From: Guillardia theta CCMP2712
Taxonomy: Eukaryota; Protista; Cryptophyta
Direction: 5' to 3'
DNA: 64,000 bases
Assembly: GCF_000315625.1 (NCBI RefSeq)
Contig: NW_005434623.1
Span: forward strand, 84,535 to 148,534
Position numbers and translations under genes: made by a program. The notes below the pieces were generated by a model. It made no database searches. It was not told where the DNA came from and saw only the letters and a program-made list of their open reading frames with translations. This document shows positions 24,360-36,405 of the stretch, one piece after another. The stretch's first letter is position 1; each line of letters begins with the position of its first letter.

Positions 24360-26408
24360 TCACGTATGACAATGATTGCAGCGCAGCTTCAGTCTGCGTT
24401 TGAGTCGACGCCATTTCTCATGATTCTTGCAACAATTCAGAGCAAGAGGAAGAGTATTGCTACATGTAAATGATCTTCGCCCTGTCGGGGGACGTTGCTC
24501 GATCCTTGTCATGGACCTCCTGAAACCGCTAGTCATTTTCATCTTCACCTGCAGCAAAGTACTCACCGTGTCAAGAGTCTCATCGGAGCTCTCAGAGGCA
24601 CTAGTTGTCTCGTATGCTTTCTTTGCCATTGTCATCAACCTGTTCAATTCTTTTACCTGCTCCATCACAAGCTCCTCCAAGCTGCTGTCCTGTACAACTG
24701 GTTCTCCATTCTTCGTTGAGGGTTTCTCCTCATTCGCAAAGAATTGCTGTTGCAACTCATCCATGACTTGCAAAGTGTCATCAGCTATCTCCCCGTTCTT
24801 GCGCATTCTCCTTAGAATTACATCCACGAAATCACCCGTGGGACTATCGCTGCTCTCCGTTGCAGCCGACGACTTCATGTCCTGCAATGCGTGCGCCTTC
24901 GAATCGGCTGCGACGGATTGAAGAGTCTTGATTGTCTCGTCTGACTGAACGATGCAAGCTTCGATCCGATGGTTCATCGACTCGGCCACGTTTGAACCAT
25001 GGCTGACAAACATCGCCAAGATGTCATGGTGGGAAATTCGTTTCGAGCTTTCACAACAGGAGTCAAAATAGGCCATGGACCTCTCGACGTCCTCCCCCAC
25101 ATCTGACAAGTCATCATCATCCATATCCCCCAGGTTCTGAATCTCTTGGTTGTAGTTGATGATTTCCATTCTTTCTTGCTCACGATCTCGCTCCATCTCA
25201 GAGCAACGGTTCTGAGCTTCCGCCAACTGCTCCGACATCTGTTTCAGCTGCTCTTTGAGGGCGGCCTTGTCTTTCAAGGACTCCGACAACTCTGCCTGCA
25301 GTTTGACACATTGTCTTTGCATGTGAGAGAGCGCGACTTCTTGTGTATTGCATTGGTTGACGTATGTCTCCAGCTCCCAAAGCATGTTGGATAATTGTGA
25401 TTGATTCATCTTTGATTCGCTTTTTAGAACCTCAACCTCTTTTGCGTGCGACGCTTCCTGTTGAATCATCGATGCTCTAAACTGCTCCAACTGACTGCAA
25501 GTTGTCTCCTGCTCCACCAACATACAACGGTGCAAAGATTCCATTGTCGATTCAAGCCTTTCTATGCCAATTACTACCTCTTGGTATTTCGAATCCAATT
25601 TCTCGTCGGCGTTTTCCAAGCTTTGCGCGAGTCTTGTAGTAGTGTGTTCCAAATCACTTACAATCAACTCTGTTGACTCAATTCTTTCGAAGCATTTTGA
25701 TGCCTGCGAAACTTGGCTCTCTGCCATCGCCAAACTCTCCATGCACTGCTGAAATTTGCTTTCAAGCTCAGACACTTCGCGCAGGGATGCTGAGTTCTTC
25801 TGCGCTTCAATCTTCAGTTCTTCTATTTGTTTGCTTTGCATTTTGCATTCAAGCATTTTTTCCTCCAGCTTACTTTGCAGCATTTGCAATTTGGTCTGGT
25901 GCATCACGAAACTTGGATTCTCGATGAACTCTTGTCGAAGAATCGAGTCAATAGGATTCTCATGAGCACAACAAAAGGCCTCTTGAGGCTTTTTGCCCTC
26001 CTCTGCATCCAGGGCAAGACATGGCTGCAAACTATTTAACTGTGCCCTGACATAATTCAACTCTGTTGTGAGGGAAAACACTTGATTGATGAGCTTCGAT
26101 TCTGTGCTTCCTCCAACCACATCGAACAAGGAGAACCCCTTGTTATGCAAGAACATGGGCTTGAATCGCCTTTCGTTCCTAAAGTTCCAGTACCGACCCT
26201 TCTTCTTATAGACATGATCTGTCTTGCTCTTCCGTTCTCTCCCATTCTCTTCCACCGATGCTGGCGAATGTGCAAATGCCCACAAGCCCTTGTTTTGAAC
26301 TTTCTCTTCGTTGCAGGTGCAATGATCGTTGGAGATAGATTTGCCTCGTTTGTCACGGAACAAGAGACGTGCTCCGCTGCGTTTGTCATGACACTGATCT
26401 GCTTGCAA
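24360..26408 (-). CDS. Long coiled-coil protein (core ORF; more exons likely up to ~27075)
   Basis: 682-aa ORF rich in E/Q/K/L heptads; no recognisable enzyme domain; both ends probably spliced. Confidence 0.7.
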   Translation of the reverse strand: MQADQCHDKRSGARLLFRDKRGKSISNDHCTCNEEKVQNKGLWAFAHSPASVEENGRERKSKTDHVYKKKGRYWNFRNERRFKPMFLHNKGFSLFDVVGGSTESKLINQVFSLTTELNYVRAQLNSLQPCLALDAEEGKKPQEAFCCAHENPIDSILRQEFIENPSFVMHQTKLQMLQSKLEEKMLECKMQSKQIEELKIEAQKNSASLREVSELESKFQQCMESLAMAESQVSQASKCFERIESTELIVSDLEHTTTRLAQSLENADEKLDSKYQEVVIGIERLESTMESLHRCMLVEQETTCSQLEQFRASMIQQEASHAKEVEVLKSESKMNQSQLSNMLWELETYVNQCNTQEVALSHMQRQCVKLQAELSESLKDKAALKEQLKQMSEQLAEAQNRCSEMERDREQERMEIINYNQEIQNLGDMDDDDLSDVGEDVERSMAYFDSCCESSKRISHHDILAMFVSHGSNVAESMNHRIEACIVQSDETIKTLQSVAADSKAHALQDMKSSAATESSDSPTGDFVDVILRRMRKNGEIADDTLQVMDELQQQFFANEEKPSTKNGEPVVQDSSLEELVMEQVKELNRLMTMAKKAYETTSASESSDETLDTVSTLLQVKMKMTSGFRRSMTRIEQRPPTGRRSFTCSNTLPLALNCCKNHEKWRRLKRRLKLRCNHCHT

Positions 26409-27929
26409 GGAGGGCTTTGATTTCTGCTCTTGAACACGTGGGATCTCCTTCGAACTCGCATGGTCTGCCTTTGCCTGCCACTGCGCAAGTTAGCCTGTCA
26501 CGGTCGATGGTAGGACAGCTATACACGTACCCCATGTGGAATCTTCAGCATCGTCGTCGAGCAGTCGGCTCAGAGTCCAGGTTTCCCGCTGTATGCCAGC
26601 CGCAGCTGATGTACGACAGACAACGCTGAACGTCCAACAGCTTCAATACGCACTCACCCGGTGGACACTAGCAAAGCATGCTTTGAAGATCCGGAAATAA
26701 ACTGCTCTATCAAGAGATTCCGTCGTTCAATAGCCCCTTGACAGGTATGTACATATACACCTGTAACGTTTTGTCAGAGGATGATCAGGCTTTGGTGCAA
26801 TTCGTCTCGAAGTTCTTCAAATTCTCGTATTGTCGCTTTTGCTCTTTGGAAGCATAATAATCGCAATTCCGTAAAGATCAGCTCCTTTTTTTGTTGAATT
26901 CCAGATTTCATATGGTACAATCTACTCCCCGCTCCTCTTCATCCCATCTTCTACCTTGGTCAGCTCCATCCCTGACATGCGCCTTCTGCCCTTCAAACTA
27001 CTCAGCGTATTTTAGCTGTAATTCTACTCATTCTCCCTGTAATTTCTTCTGTTCGGAGTTCACATTCATCACCATCGCACTTGTCGTGTAACTACCAGCA
27101 AAGTCTTACACTGCCTCGCACCAGCTTCCCTCCTTCCTGCCCCTCTCCATCACTTCATTTGGCGCAAGAGCGGACACACCACCCCCTCTCTCAGGACCCC
27201 TCCCCCCAAATCCCTCTCAATTCAAAAAGTAGGGTCATTGCAACAGGGGGTACTATTGGGAGGGGTAGGGTGTGGGGGGTACATCAGATAGCCAGAGGGG
27301 AGTCGGAGGGTTCAGGGCTGGGCTCAGCCGCATGGAGGCCTGGACGGCTCAATGTGATGCCAAGGGGGGTGGGGGAGGCTGGGTGCCTTTTTCAAACCGA
27401 GCAGTCATAGGTCTAAGGGGTGGGTACTTATGGAGGAAGCCGCCATTGGTGGGTCAGGGGGTAGGGCTCTTCCTGACCGTGTTTGCCGAACTCCGGGCCG
27501 ATCTCGGAAATCAGGAAGACCACCGTCTGGGGCCAGCCTGGCCGGGCCAACTTCCCTGGGGGGTGGGGGGGGCGGGGTCACTTGCCGAGTACCCCTGTCG
27601 GACAGGAGTCGGAGTAGGTCCATATGGGGTTGTCACTGCAGAGGAAGGGGGTGGGGTGCAACTGAGTGGGGTGGTACTGAGGAGGGGCGGCACCGACTGT
27701 ACGCGGCGCCACCAGGCTTTTTCGGGCCTGCCAGGGTATGACCCACCCTCCCCACCCTCAGTCGCAATAATCGATCATCGGACCGGGTACCGGCCCAGCT
27801 CAGCAAGTTGTGGGCCCGGGGGTGGTAGGCTTCCGCCAACGGTAGTACCCGGTTGTCAGAATCATGAGACTCGGAGGGTAGTCAGATACTGTGGGTAGTA
27901 GGTGACTCGGAAGTGAACTATTGCAAACT

Positions 27930-29198
27930 TGAAACTCTGACCGGGGTCATGGCCGGCGGTCATGATGGGCTGACTCAGTGAGGGGGGGTGGGGTAGTAGT
28001 GACAGGGGCCCCGAGTTCTCATCCGAGTGATCATTGGTCAACTTTAGGCAAACGGCACAACATCTGAAAGTTGTAACAGATTACTCAAAGTTAAGTTAAA
28101 AATCAGTACGAGGACCGGACACTGAATCATGGCAAGTGACACGGTGCCACGGTGACTATCACAGAGTCACGGTCAAGTGCGGCCGCCAGCCTGAGGGCGC
28201 CTCGGAGTGAGTCGGAGCCTCGGAGCCTGGATCGACCCCCCCGGGCCTTCAGCCTGGCAGTGGGCCAGTGGCATGGATGAACTTCGGAACGGCGCGGCCG
28301 TCACCCGGCGGGCCGGGCGGCCGGATTACTGAGGCTCCCCGGGCCCAGGACCGGGTGACCCGGCCGGGCGGCCCGCGGGGCCCGGCCGTACAGCCCGGCG
28401 CCGCCCCGGCCCGCCGCCGCGGCCCGGGGCCCGGGCCCGCCACTGGCATCGTGACCGTCGGACTCACCGGGGGTCCCGCGGCCGCACCCGCCGTGACCGT
28501 CCGACTGGCCGTCGGACTCCGAGCGGAGCAGTCCCGGTCCGAAGGCGCCGGACACGGTCCGTCGCCGTGGCCCGGAGGCCGCAAGTTCGGCGCGGCGCGG
28601 CCGGCGGGGCCGGCGCACGGCGCCGTGCCGCCCCCGGGCCGGCCGGGCTCCGATGACTGAGGGCCCGGCCCGACGCAAGTTGCCAGGCTGCCGCCGGCGC
28701 AGCCCGTCACCGTCGCGGCCAGTCCGATTGTCGGAGCACGGGTCTGCGGCACGCAGGCCGCCGGGGCCGGGGCAGGCTCGGAGCCTCGGCGGAGTCACCG
28801 CCGTTCGTCAAGTTAACGGTTCCGAGACTCACTCCCGGGTGTCCCGGCGATCGGAGCCGCAGTACTACGGTACCGTAGTACTACCCGCCGGCCGGGTCGG
28901 ACCGTGGCAGCCTGCCAGGGCAGTACGGTAGGCTACGGTCGGTGAACTTCAGGCTTCGGAACTGAACTTTGGAACGCACGACTGTGGCCGGGTAAAGACT
29001 CGAAGATCGGACCGGTATACTGACTCAGTGAACCGCAACTTCAAGGCTAGTACGGTAGGCTCAGTTTAGGCTCGGCGGCTGCGGGGGCAGTCACGTCGGA
29101 GTACGCCGCCGGGCCATTGGGGCGGCGGGCTCTCGGAGTCACAGCGACGGTCCCGCCGACTCAGTCCGTGACTCGTGTGATGCGGCTCAGCGGGGGGC
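27930..29198. other. GC-rich CCGG/GGCC/TGACTC intergenic island containing motif copy B
   Basis: Abrupt very high GC; reverse-orientation 27-bp motif at 28083-28109; perfect 22-bp palindrome at 28861-28882. Confidence 0.7.
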
Positions 29199-30422
29199 TC
29201 ACTTAAGGGATTGAGTCTTGGATATCTTGGGGAAGAAGCTTTTGCCTCTGCATCCAGCCTTGATCAGAGCTTCGACCCACTTGTCCCGAGACCTGCTCGT
29301 CTTGCAGAAGAAGTAGATCTCGGAATCCGTCAAGTACTCTCCTGCTGAACACAGTCCGATAGCAAACATGTGGGGTTTCTCAAGGTGGCTTGTGACATAT
29401 GCCTCCTCCAGCAAAATGTACCCCATCTCCGATGCAAGGTAGTTGCCATGGAAGATACCGAGAGTCATCTTTCCTTGATGTCTTCGGATCATGCATCGCA
29501 CCTTGACCCCCTTCTGGGAAGGCCCATTCTCGTGCATCTCTAGTATACCGTGCACACCTTCGCACTCGCATCGTAGAGACGAAGAATGACTGTGAGAAGA
29601 GTTCTTGGAGGCAACGTCACTCTTCATCGCTGAAGGGAACGACTGGTTGCACGCACAATTCTTGTTGGGGATGCTGAAGGTCTTGGGGTCACCAATCGCC
29701 TCTGAGAGATCTTTGAAGGACTCCAAAAGCTGAACATGGTTGATGTATTGCTTTGGAGTTGTGTTTGGAGATCTGTAGCTCAGAAAGGAGCTCTGGAGCA
29801 TAGTCCTAAAGCGGGAGAACTCTTCAATCTCCGAGGCTCTCGCGTCCATTGTAGCCTTGTCATGTGAAGCATGAAAGCTTTCGTTCCCATGCTCCTTGGT
29901 TGCCGTCTTCTCATCTTCCAAGTGTGAAGCATGCTCCTCGGATTCTTGCACCGTTTCTCTCTCGATTTCAAGAGAGTCTGAGCTGAGTTTGACCTCCTGA
30001 GTCGAGGGTGATCTTTGGATATCTGACATCCAAATCTTGATCATGTCTTGTACTGTACGATGTTCTCTCAGTTCCTATTCAGGCTCAACAATCTGTTGAC
30101 ACTGTTCGAGAGGCAAATCTCTGCATCAAATCCTCTTACGTCCGATCGGCAAAACTCTACGTTGTTGCAATCTCGATGCCTTTGGATCGACTGTGAAGCT
30201 TTCTGCGCAACCACACTTCAACCTAGAAAGCAGGTCATCAGCATTGCTGGATTCTCGCATCATCAAACAAAGAATTTTAGTGCAAACATTGTGGTCCTAT
30301 GCATCAGACGGCATGCTACATTCGTGTATAGCGCAATCATTCCTCAAAAACAACTTTTGTTCGATTTGATGAATCTTGCGAAGCACTACATTGTCGAGCT
30401 CTTTCGCGCACTCATCATCCAT
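29199..30422 (-). CDS. Protein with C-terminal PH-like domain
   Basis: ORF 29199-30044 ends with HMFAI...EIYFFCKTSRSRDKWVEAL, the typical last strand and Trp helix of a PH fold; upstream exon(s) and start at 30422 are tentative. Confidence 0.6.
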
Positions 30423-32403
30423 TCATCTTCTCGACTAACAACCTGATCTACTATCTCTTTCTGATTTGTCCTTAACACCTTGCTACCCTCTAGTGTGTCT
30501 CGTTGAATCGTGTAGTCCTCCCCCCTTATCGCCCTCCCTCTCCCCCTTATCTCCTCCATCCTGCCCCCGCCAAGGGCTCCTGCGCTCGGCCTTCCCTTGC
30601 GGGGAAATCCCACTGTCAATCGCATCCCTCCTAAACCCCTACCCCAAACTTTCCTCCTGTCCAATCTTTCCCCTCCAATCAAGCCCAATGCTCTGCATTC
30701 TCTCAATTGAGCTCCGATAGATTTGAGTCATCCTTCCCTCCTAACGCTCAGAGCTTCCTTTCTACCACCAGGGGTGGGTGGGCAGGGGATTTCCCTTTCT
30801 CTTTTTTTCCCTTTTTATAATTGTAGAGCACACCCTACCCCCTGTAATACCCACAGAAGTACCGGTCCTGAATTAACACCGAAAGAGATTCGAACCTGGA
30901 GCATAACCCATGTGTTGAGATTTTGCTCGCACTATCTACCACCCACCCCATTGAAAGCCCTTAGCAGTACCCCACCAACCAGATTGATCACACCCCCACC
31001 CTCTTTTCACTAGTCTGCAGTCCGGGTACTCCCCCCTATTTCAGGCTACGTCTATCGACCAGGACCCACCCCCTCTGTTTTTATTCTTTTTGCCGGACCC
31101 CTACTATCATGGTCGGGCGTGTGATGATCGTTAGCCTCCGCCAGCATCTATTGATCACCACAATGACCCCACCCCCTCCCCACCCGACCTCATAGCCTAT
31201 AAAAGCATTGAGCTCATAAGGGCGCTAACTTAAAAAGGGTTATACTTCACGAAAAAAAAAGAGGCGCATTTTATTACTGTTGTAGGACGTATTTACTGGT
31301 ACAAAAGGACTGTACCGGATATCCAGAGATTCCACTCAAGTTCCACGACAATCATGGTACACATGCCTGGTACAAATTTGTACCAGGTCTTTCACACTTA
31401 GCCATTTCGGCGTTGCTTTCATGGCGGATCGTTGCGGTTGCGCATTCGCCTTGGTCAGGTACTTGTGGGCGTCGGAACACCTCCTCACCCATCACATGAC
31501 CCCTGAATCCAGGCTCCCGATCTTCCCTCCAAGTATCAAGACGACAGCTCAAATTCAAGGTTGACTTGCCTTTGAAGTCCGATAGTGCTCAAGTCGCACA
31601 TGCTGGCTTTGCTCATGGTTTGACTGTCCCGTCTCGGACTTGCACTGAACCGTCACAGCCTTGCACTCCAGTGTGCAGACAATTCACTGATGGTGGTGGG
31701 AACGTTGTCATCACGTTGTCATCACTCATCAATATGCAGCATCTAGATGTGGTCAATGCCAAAGAAGTAACATCTCTCCAATCATGATAAACCCCTGAGC
31801 TTCAAACTCCATTTCACCCCTCATTCGCCCCCATGATCATGAATCTGTACCTCATTTGCCCCCATGATCATGAACCTGTAACACCTGACGATATGCATTA
31901 CTGTGGAATATGGTTGACACGCAACGTTCCTTTTGGAACATAACTGACCCTGAATCCAGCTTGGCATCAGTGCATGAAAATCCATAATGCCGTACATGAC
32001 AATATGCACTCCACAGATCATGTTTAGCTTGTCATCAAGACAGTGATTCATGCGAATGTCTCCTCCATCACCATCCATCACCAACATGCCAGATGGCAGC
32101 TGATGCCACGGCATCTCACAACCTCAACTCCAACAAAGCATACTCCGGCATCCCTTCCCTGTCACATTATCCACCATCCCCTTGATTTGCAGTGCAGTAT
32201 GATACCTGATCAACTGCATTGTCTGTTGCTCTCATTGTCATCATCATCCCAAAAAGTACCCTTGAGTATATCACAACCTACCATCGCTTTGGCATCGTAG
32301 CGAGACTCATTCTTTCCAACATTCCATTTCCACATGAGGGCTTAACACAGATGTATCAACTCAACAATGATTTCATTCAGGAACGAACTGTAAATTCTCT
32401 ACA

Positions 32404-35400
32404 CTACGTGCTCTGGAGAATGTCTGCATACGTCCTTTGTCCACTCTCACTATTTCTATTCGCCTCTACCTGATGGTCTTCAACTGCCAGTGACATCTCA
32501 ATACGAACCTGCTGGCGATATTCCACCAAGTGCTTGTAGTATGTGATGTATGAGTATTGCGAGTACCTCTTTCTCTGTGCCATCGCCGTCCATGCATCAT
32601 CTCCGTACGCCCTTTCCACTAGCGTACGGAAACCTGTTCTGTAACACTGACAGAAGTTGTGAGGCATAATCCCCTCATTTCCTTGCAGTACTCCTTGCTC
32701 TCGGCATATATTTTCCACCATGGTCATCACAAGATATGCTTTGTATACATTCTTCCTCGTGTTCTCATCCTTCACGTCTGCGGAGAAAGGAACCTGACTG
32801 AGGTGCTTTAAGGGCCGAATCCTCCTCACTTGTCCTTCCACGATGACATCTTGCCCCAAATTCCACCACATGAACATATTTCGAACTCTGCACCGCAAAG
32901 GAAATCGCCAAGCCAACGGGACCATGTGTCTGCCAGGCCCCCATCCTTCCCATTCGAAGTCATCCCCTCCAACTTGTATCTCACCGTTGCCATCATCCCC
33001 CAGTCCTGGTGATGAAACCAGCACCGCATTCCTCTCCGGTGTCCCCTCCCTGCTCACTTCTGCACCTTCCTCCGATTCACTCTCATTCAATCTTCCATTC
33101 GAGTCAGCATCTGCCATCACGTTGCTCACCCCATGTGCCATCATGACATGGCCTGCTCCACCCAGTACCATCTGTCGCATAGCTTCACCCACGGCGGCCT
33201 GCACCTGCTCCCCTATATTGCCCATCTGCTGCACCTGTTGTCCTATATTGGCAACCTGTTGCATGACGATGCGGAAAGCATCTGTGAAGTCCATGCTTCC
33301 AGATGTAACCTGCCCTCCACTGGGACCTCGTACATCCCTCATCCATCCAGCAACAAAACCTAAATTCGTTCGCAGTTCGTCCCTGATCACAGTTTTGAAA
33401 TCGTCAAACTTGTGGTCCAGTTCTTTCATCTTCTCCTCGATTACCTTCATCTTCTCATCCATCTTCCCCTCCATTACCTTCATCTTCTCATCCATCTTCC
33501 CCTCCATTACCTTCATCTTCTCATCCATCTTCTCCTCGATTACCTTCATCTCCTCCTTGATGGCATCTCGCACTTCAACCCTCATCTCTTTCATGCCTTT
33601 CAATATTTCTGTCTTGGTTGGAGTACCACTAGCTGACATGCCGCAATCGGTACACCTGTGCGAAGACACGATGATATGCTCTCGCAAGGACATCAGCCTT
33701 GCCATACTGCCTTGTCCAAACATTCCGAACATCGGCATGCCCCATATGTCATCGTTGCTGTGCGGAAACCATTCCTGTAGAGTTGGAAGGTGCCATAAGA
33801 TACTTGCAAGGAAGAAGCGGATACACTTTTGAAATCCTGCCGGGAAACTGCCGTAACCTGATATGAACCTCTCCCATCCGATCTCTTCTATTTGCTTCAA
33901 TCCTTCCGTTGTGAAGTGGGGTGGAAGTACAGCAAAGTCTGCCGTTCCGCTGTCGTTGCCAGCAAGAATCCTGCCTGCGAACTGGTCTCCACCCGTTCCA
34001 CCAAGGATATAGCGATCCTGCGTCTCTCCTGCCACATTTTTACTTGTTATCCCTGTTCCGCGATTTCATAGCACACATACCTATCTTCCAGTTGGCTCGG
34101 ATATACACTGTTGGAGCTCCTGGCAACAGTCCTGTCACTAACAACCGGCTGACAAACAGCACTGCAAGTCGCACCGGGACCATCCATCATACCCAGCAAA
34201 TGGGTGATTCCTCCCTTCCGCAATGAATGTGTACCAGCATTGTCCAGGTTGCCATGCTGGTCGTTTGCAGCTTGCGATGCCATGCGTTGCATGAGTTGAG
34301 CGTACCTCTGTTTCTGATCCCGCCCCATCAGCAGCTTGTTTCCCTCCCTGGCAAGGAAGACGCCTCGAGTGGCAAAGGTGTACAAAGCAAGAGTGAGGAC
34401 TGGACATATCTCTGGATTGTGGGGTGCGGCAAAAAGATGCTTGATCCTGGTGCTTTTCAAGTCAGTCCCAATCCCGGCTTGGTCAGTTTTCGTGCGCAAA
34501 AGCACTACTTTCATGTAATCATTCTCCCAATCAAAATGCTGCAGATGCAAGATGTCAAGGCTCTCACTCCTGCAGATGAGATTCCACATGAGACATGTGC
34601 ATGTCCATCCAAATATCCACGTGTCTCCGGGTGCTGTACTGCCTCGACGAGGTTTCACGTTCCTAAACATTCTGCACAGGCAGATATACTCATCCATGCT
34701 TATCCCCGTTCTGCCTTCATGAATGCGCATGACTCCTCGAGATTTCTTCTCTGTAACTACTTTCGTGTAAGACTTCATGCAACGGTCCAACACCTCGTCT
34801 ATACACATTGCTGCTTCTCCTTCTGGCATGTCCCTAGCTACAAATTCCATGTGTCTACATTGGTACAGGTACTTCAACGCGCTTTTGTACCCTCGTATCG
34901 TAGACACTGCTACTGTCGGTTTGTCCGCTGCATTGGTTACAAAATTCACGTCTTCAACGCCAGTCACTCCCACTACCAATTCAACATCATTGCTGGTGGC
35001 GCCTGCTTGTTCACCTTCAACGTCATCATCCATCTCATCATCATGTTCATCTTCATACGAAGCATGCGCCTGTGATGGACCTGCTTCCTCTTCGGCTTCA
35101 TCATCGACTTCCATGTCATCGCCATTGATCTGCATATTTGGGTGAGTGCCCTTCTTCATGCGCTTCGCTTTTGATTGCTTGATCTTGTCCCTGACCCGCT
35201 CCTTTTGCGACAAATAACCGAAGAATGCTACTAATGCATCGTATGGCAATGGCAAAATAAGGTCGTCCAAGGTTTCATTCAGAGCTGCATGATATCGTGG
35301 GTGAGACCTGAAAAAAGCTATGATAGCATGAATGCGGTATGCGTAGTTCCTCTGCGTACTAAGACTGACCACTTTTGACTGCAATTCTCGAAATGCCTGG

Positions 35401-35705
35401 ATGTTCAAATCAAGTCCCCCTGAACCAATGACTCTGCGATCCTGGAAGACACGCAATAATTCTTCGTCAGTGCGAGCACTGACCCGCCGTTTATTCGAAG
35501 GTGTTCTTTGAGTCACGGTGTTGTTATGGGCTCCTTGGTTGCATTGCCCACAATAGTTCATATCATCTGTGCCTTTCAGAGTACTAGCACAAAGATGATG
35601 AAAGGGTTTGTTGCAATACTGGCAGACTTTCAACTGAGCCTCAGGTTGCCCTCGCATAACACATGAGGCTTCATACAAGCATGTCTGCCCAGCCGGTGCC
35701 GACAT
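32404..35705 (-). CDS. Crypton tyrosine recombinase with N-terminal PHD finger (~1064 aa, 3 exons)
   Basis: Exons 35705-34175, 34119-34081, 34028-32404 (GT-AG introns of 55 and 52 nt) join in frame (3195 nt). Catalytic set: WNLICR (R), TKTD (K), GTHSLRKG (HxxR), IRANW (W), QDRY (Y); followed by GDQFAGR..LPPHF and C-terminal VP..W.FP....MF.WW..G motif, as I recall for CryptonS-type elements. Confidence 0.9.
33425..33558 (-). repeat. 33-bp coding tandem repeat (~4 copies; KMKV(M/I)E(G/E)KMDE)
   Basis: Visible in DNA and in the translation of ORF 32404..34035. Confidence 0.9.
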
Positions 35706-36405
35706 TGTTTGCCACGATGCAAACGTTCTCCGTGACTCGATATGTATACTTGCAATTGTGGTGGAATCTGTGAGATTCTGTGTCCCTGGCAGGGTTCACT
35801 CTGATGATTGTGATAGCAACGAGGAAAGATGCCCAGTCTTCCCCTTGTTTGATCGCTTCGGCTTCTACAATGGCAAGTGGGGTGCATCCACACCCGGTAG
35901 TGTGCGACCCCATGGCTTGCCGACCAGCAATATCTCCCGGCTGTACCCCTTAGTACCCTATGGGATTGAGTGTCAGTAAACGGGTGCTGTGGTACCCTAC
36001 CCATCTTGCGATGTAACGTATACCACCCCCCACCCATCTCCAGGCTTTCGTGCTCTACATTACTTCTTAAATTAAAATTGTTATGTGTCACTACTCGTAG
36101 TACTTAACGTTGTACCAAAGTCTTGCAATTTAAAATTTGAATGTAGAAGTTGTAAAAATTTCGCTCCATTGATTGGCTAAATCGTGCAGATAGCTGTGCG
36201 AAAGAATTGGGTTTTGAAGGACCGGGTCATTTGTCACATTTTAAATCTCCCCTCACCTGCGCCCTTTTTTTTGCTTGATTTTTGAGTTCAAATTTAAGGC
36301 CACCAAATAAATAACCGTTGTCTATAACATTTTTGAATAAATCAATACATGTTTTTTTTTGGGTTTTTCCTCGCGCCCTAGCGCCCAACATAAACTACTG
36401 GCACT

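Larger units (their letters stand above)
31290..36130 (-). mobile_element. Crypton-type (tyrosine recombinase) DNA transposon; boundaries approximate
   Basis: Contains the YR gene below; lacks the host's microsatellite-rich introns; exact termini not determinable from one copy. Confidence 0.7.

Noticed and set aside
28249-28931. Pro/Gly/Ala/Arg-rich ORFs in GC islands (also 42693-43511)
   Set aside because: Open in several frames on both strands because high GC removes stops; no domain or splice support.
30880-30960. tRNA-like B-box (GGTTCGAATC on the minus strand)
   Set aside because: No T-stem or acceptor-stem pairing and no convincing A-box; at most a decayed SINE/tRNA relic.
32404-34035. 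Independent 543-aa gene downstream of a separate 552-aa gene
   Set aside because: Starts at a GTG inside an intron; splicing joins it to the recombinase and supplies the catalytic Tyr.
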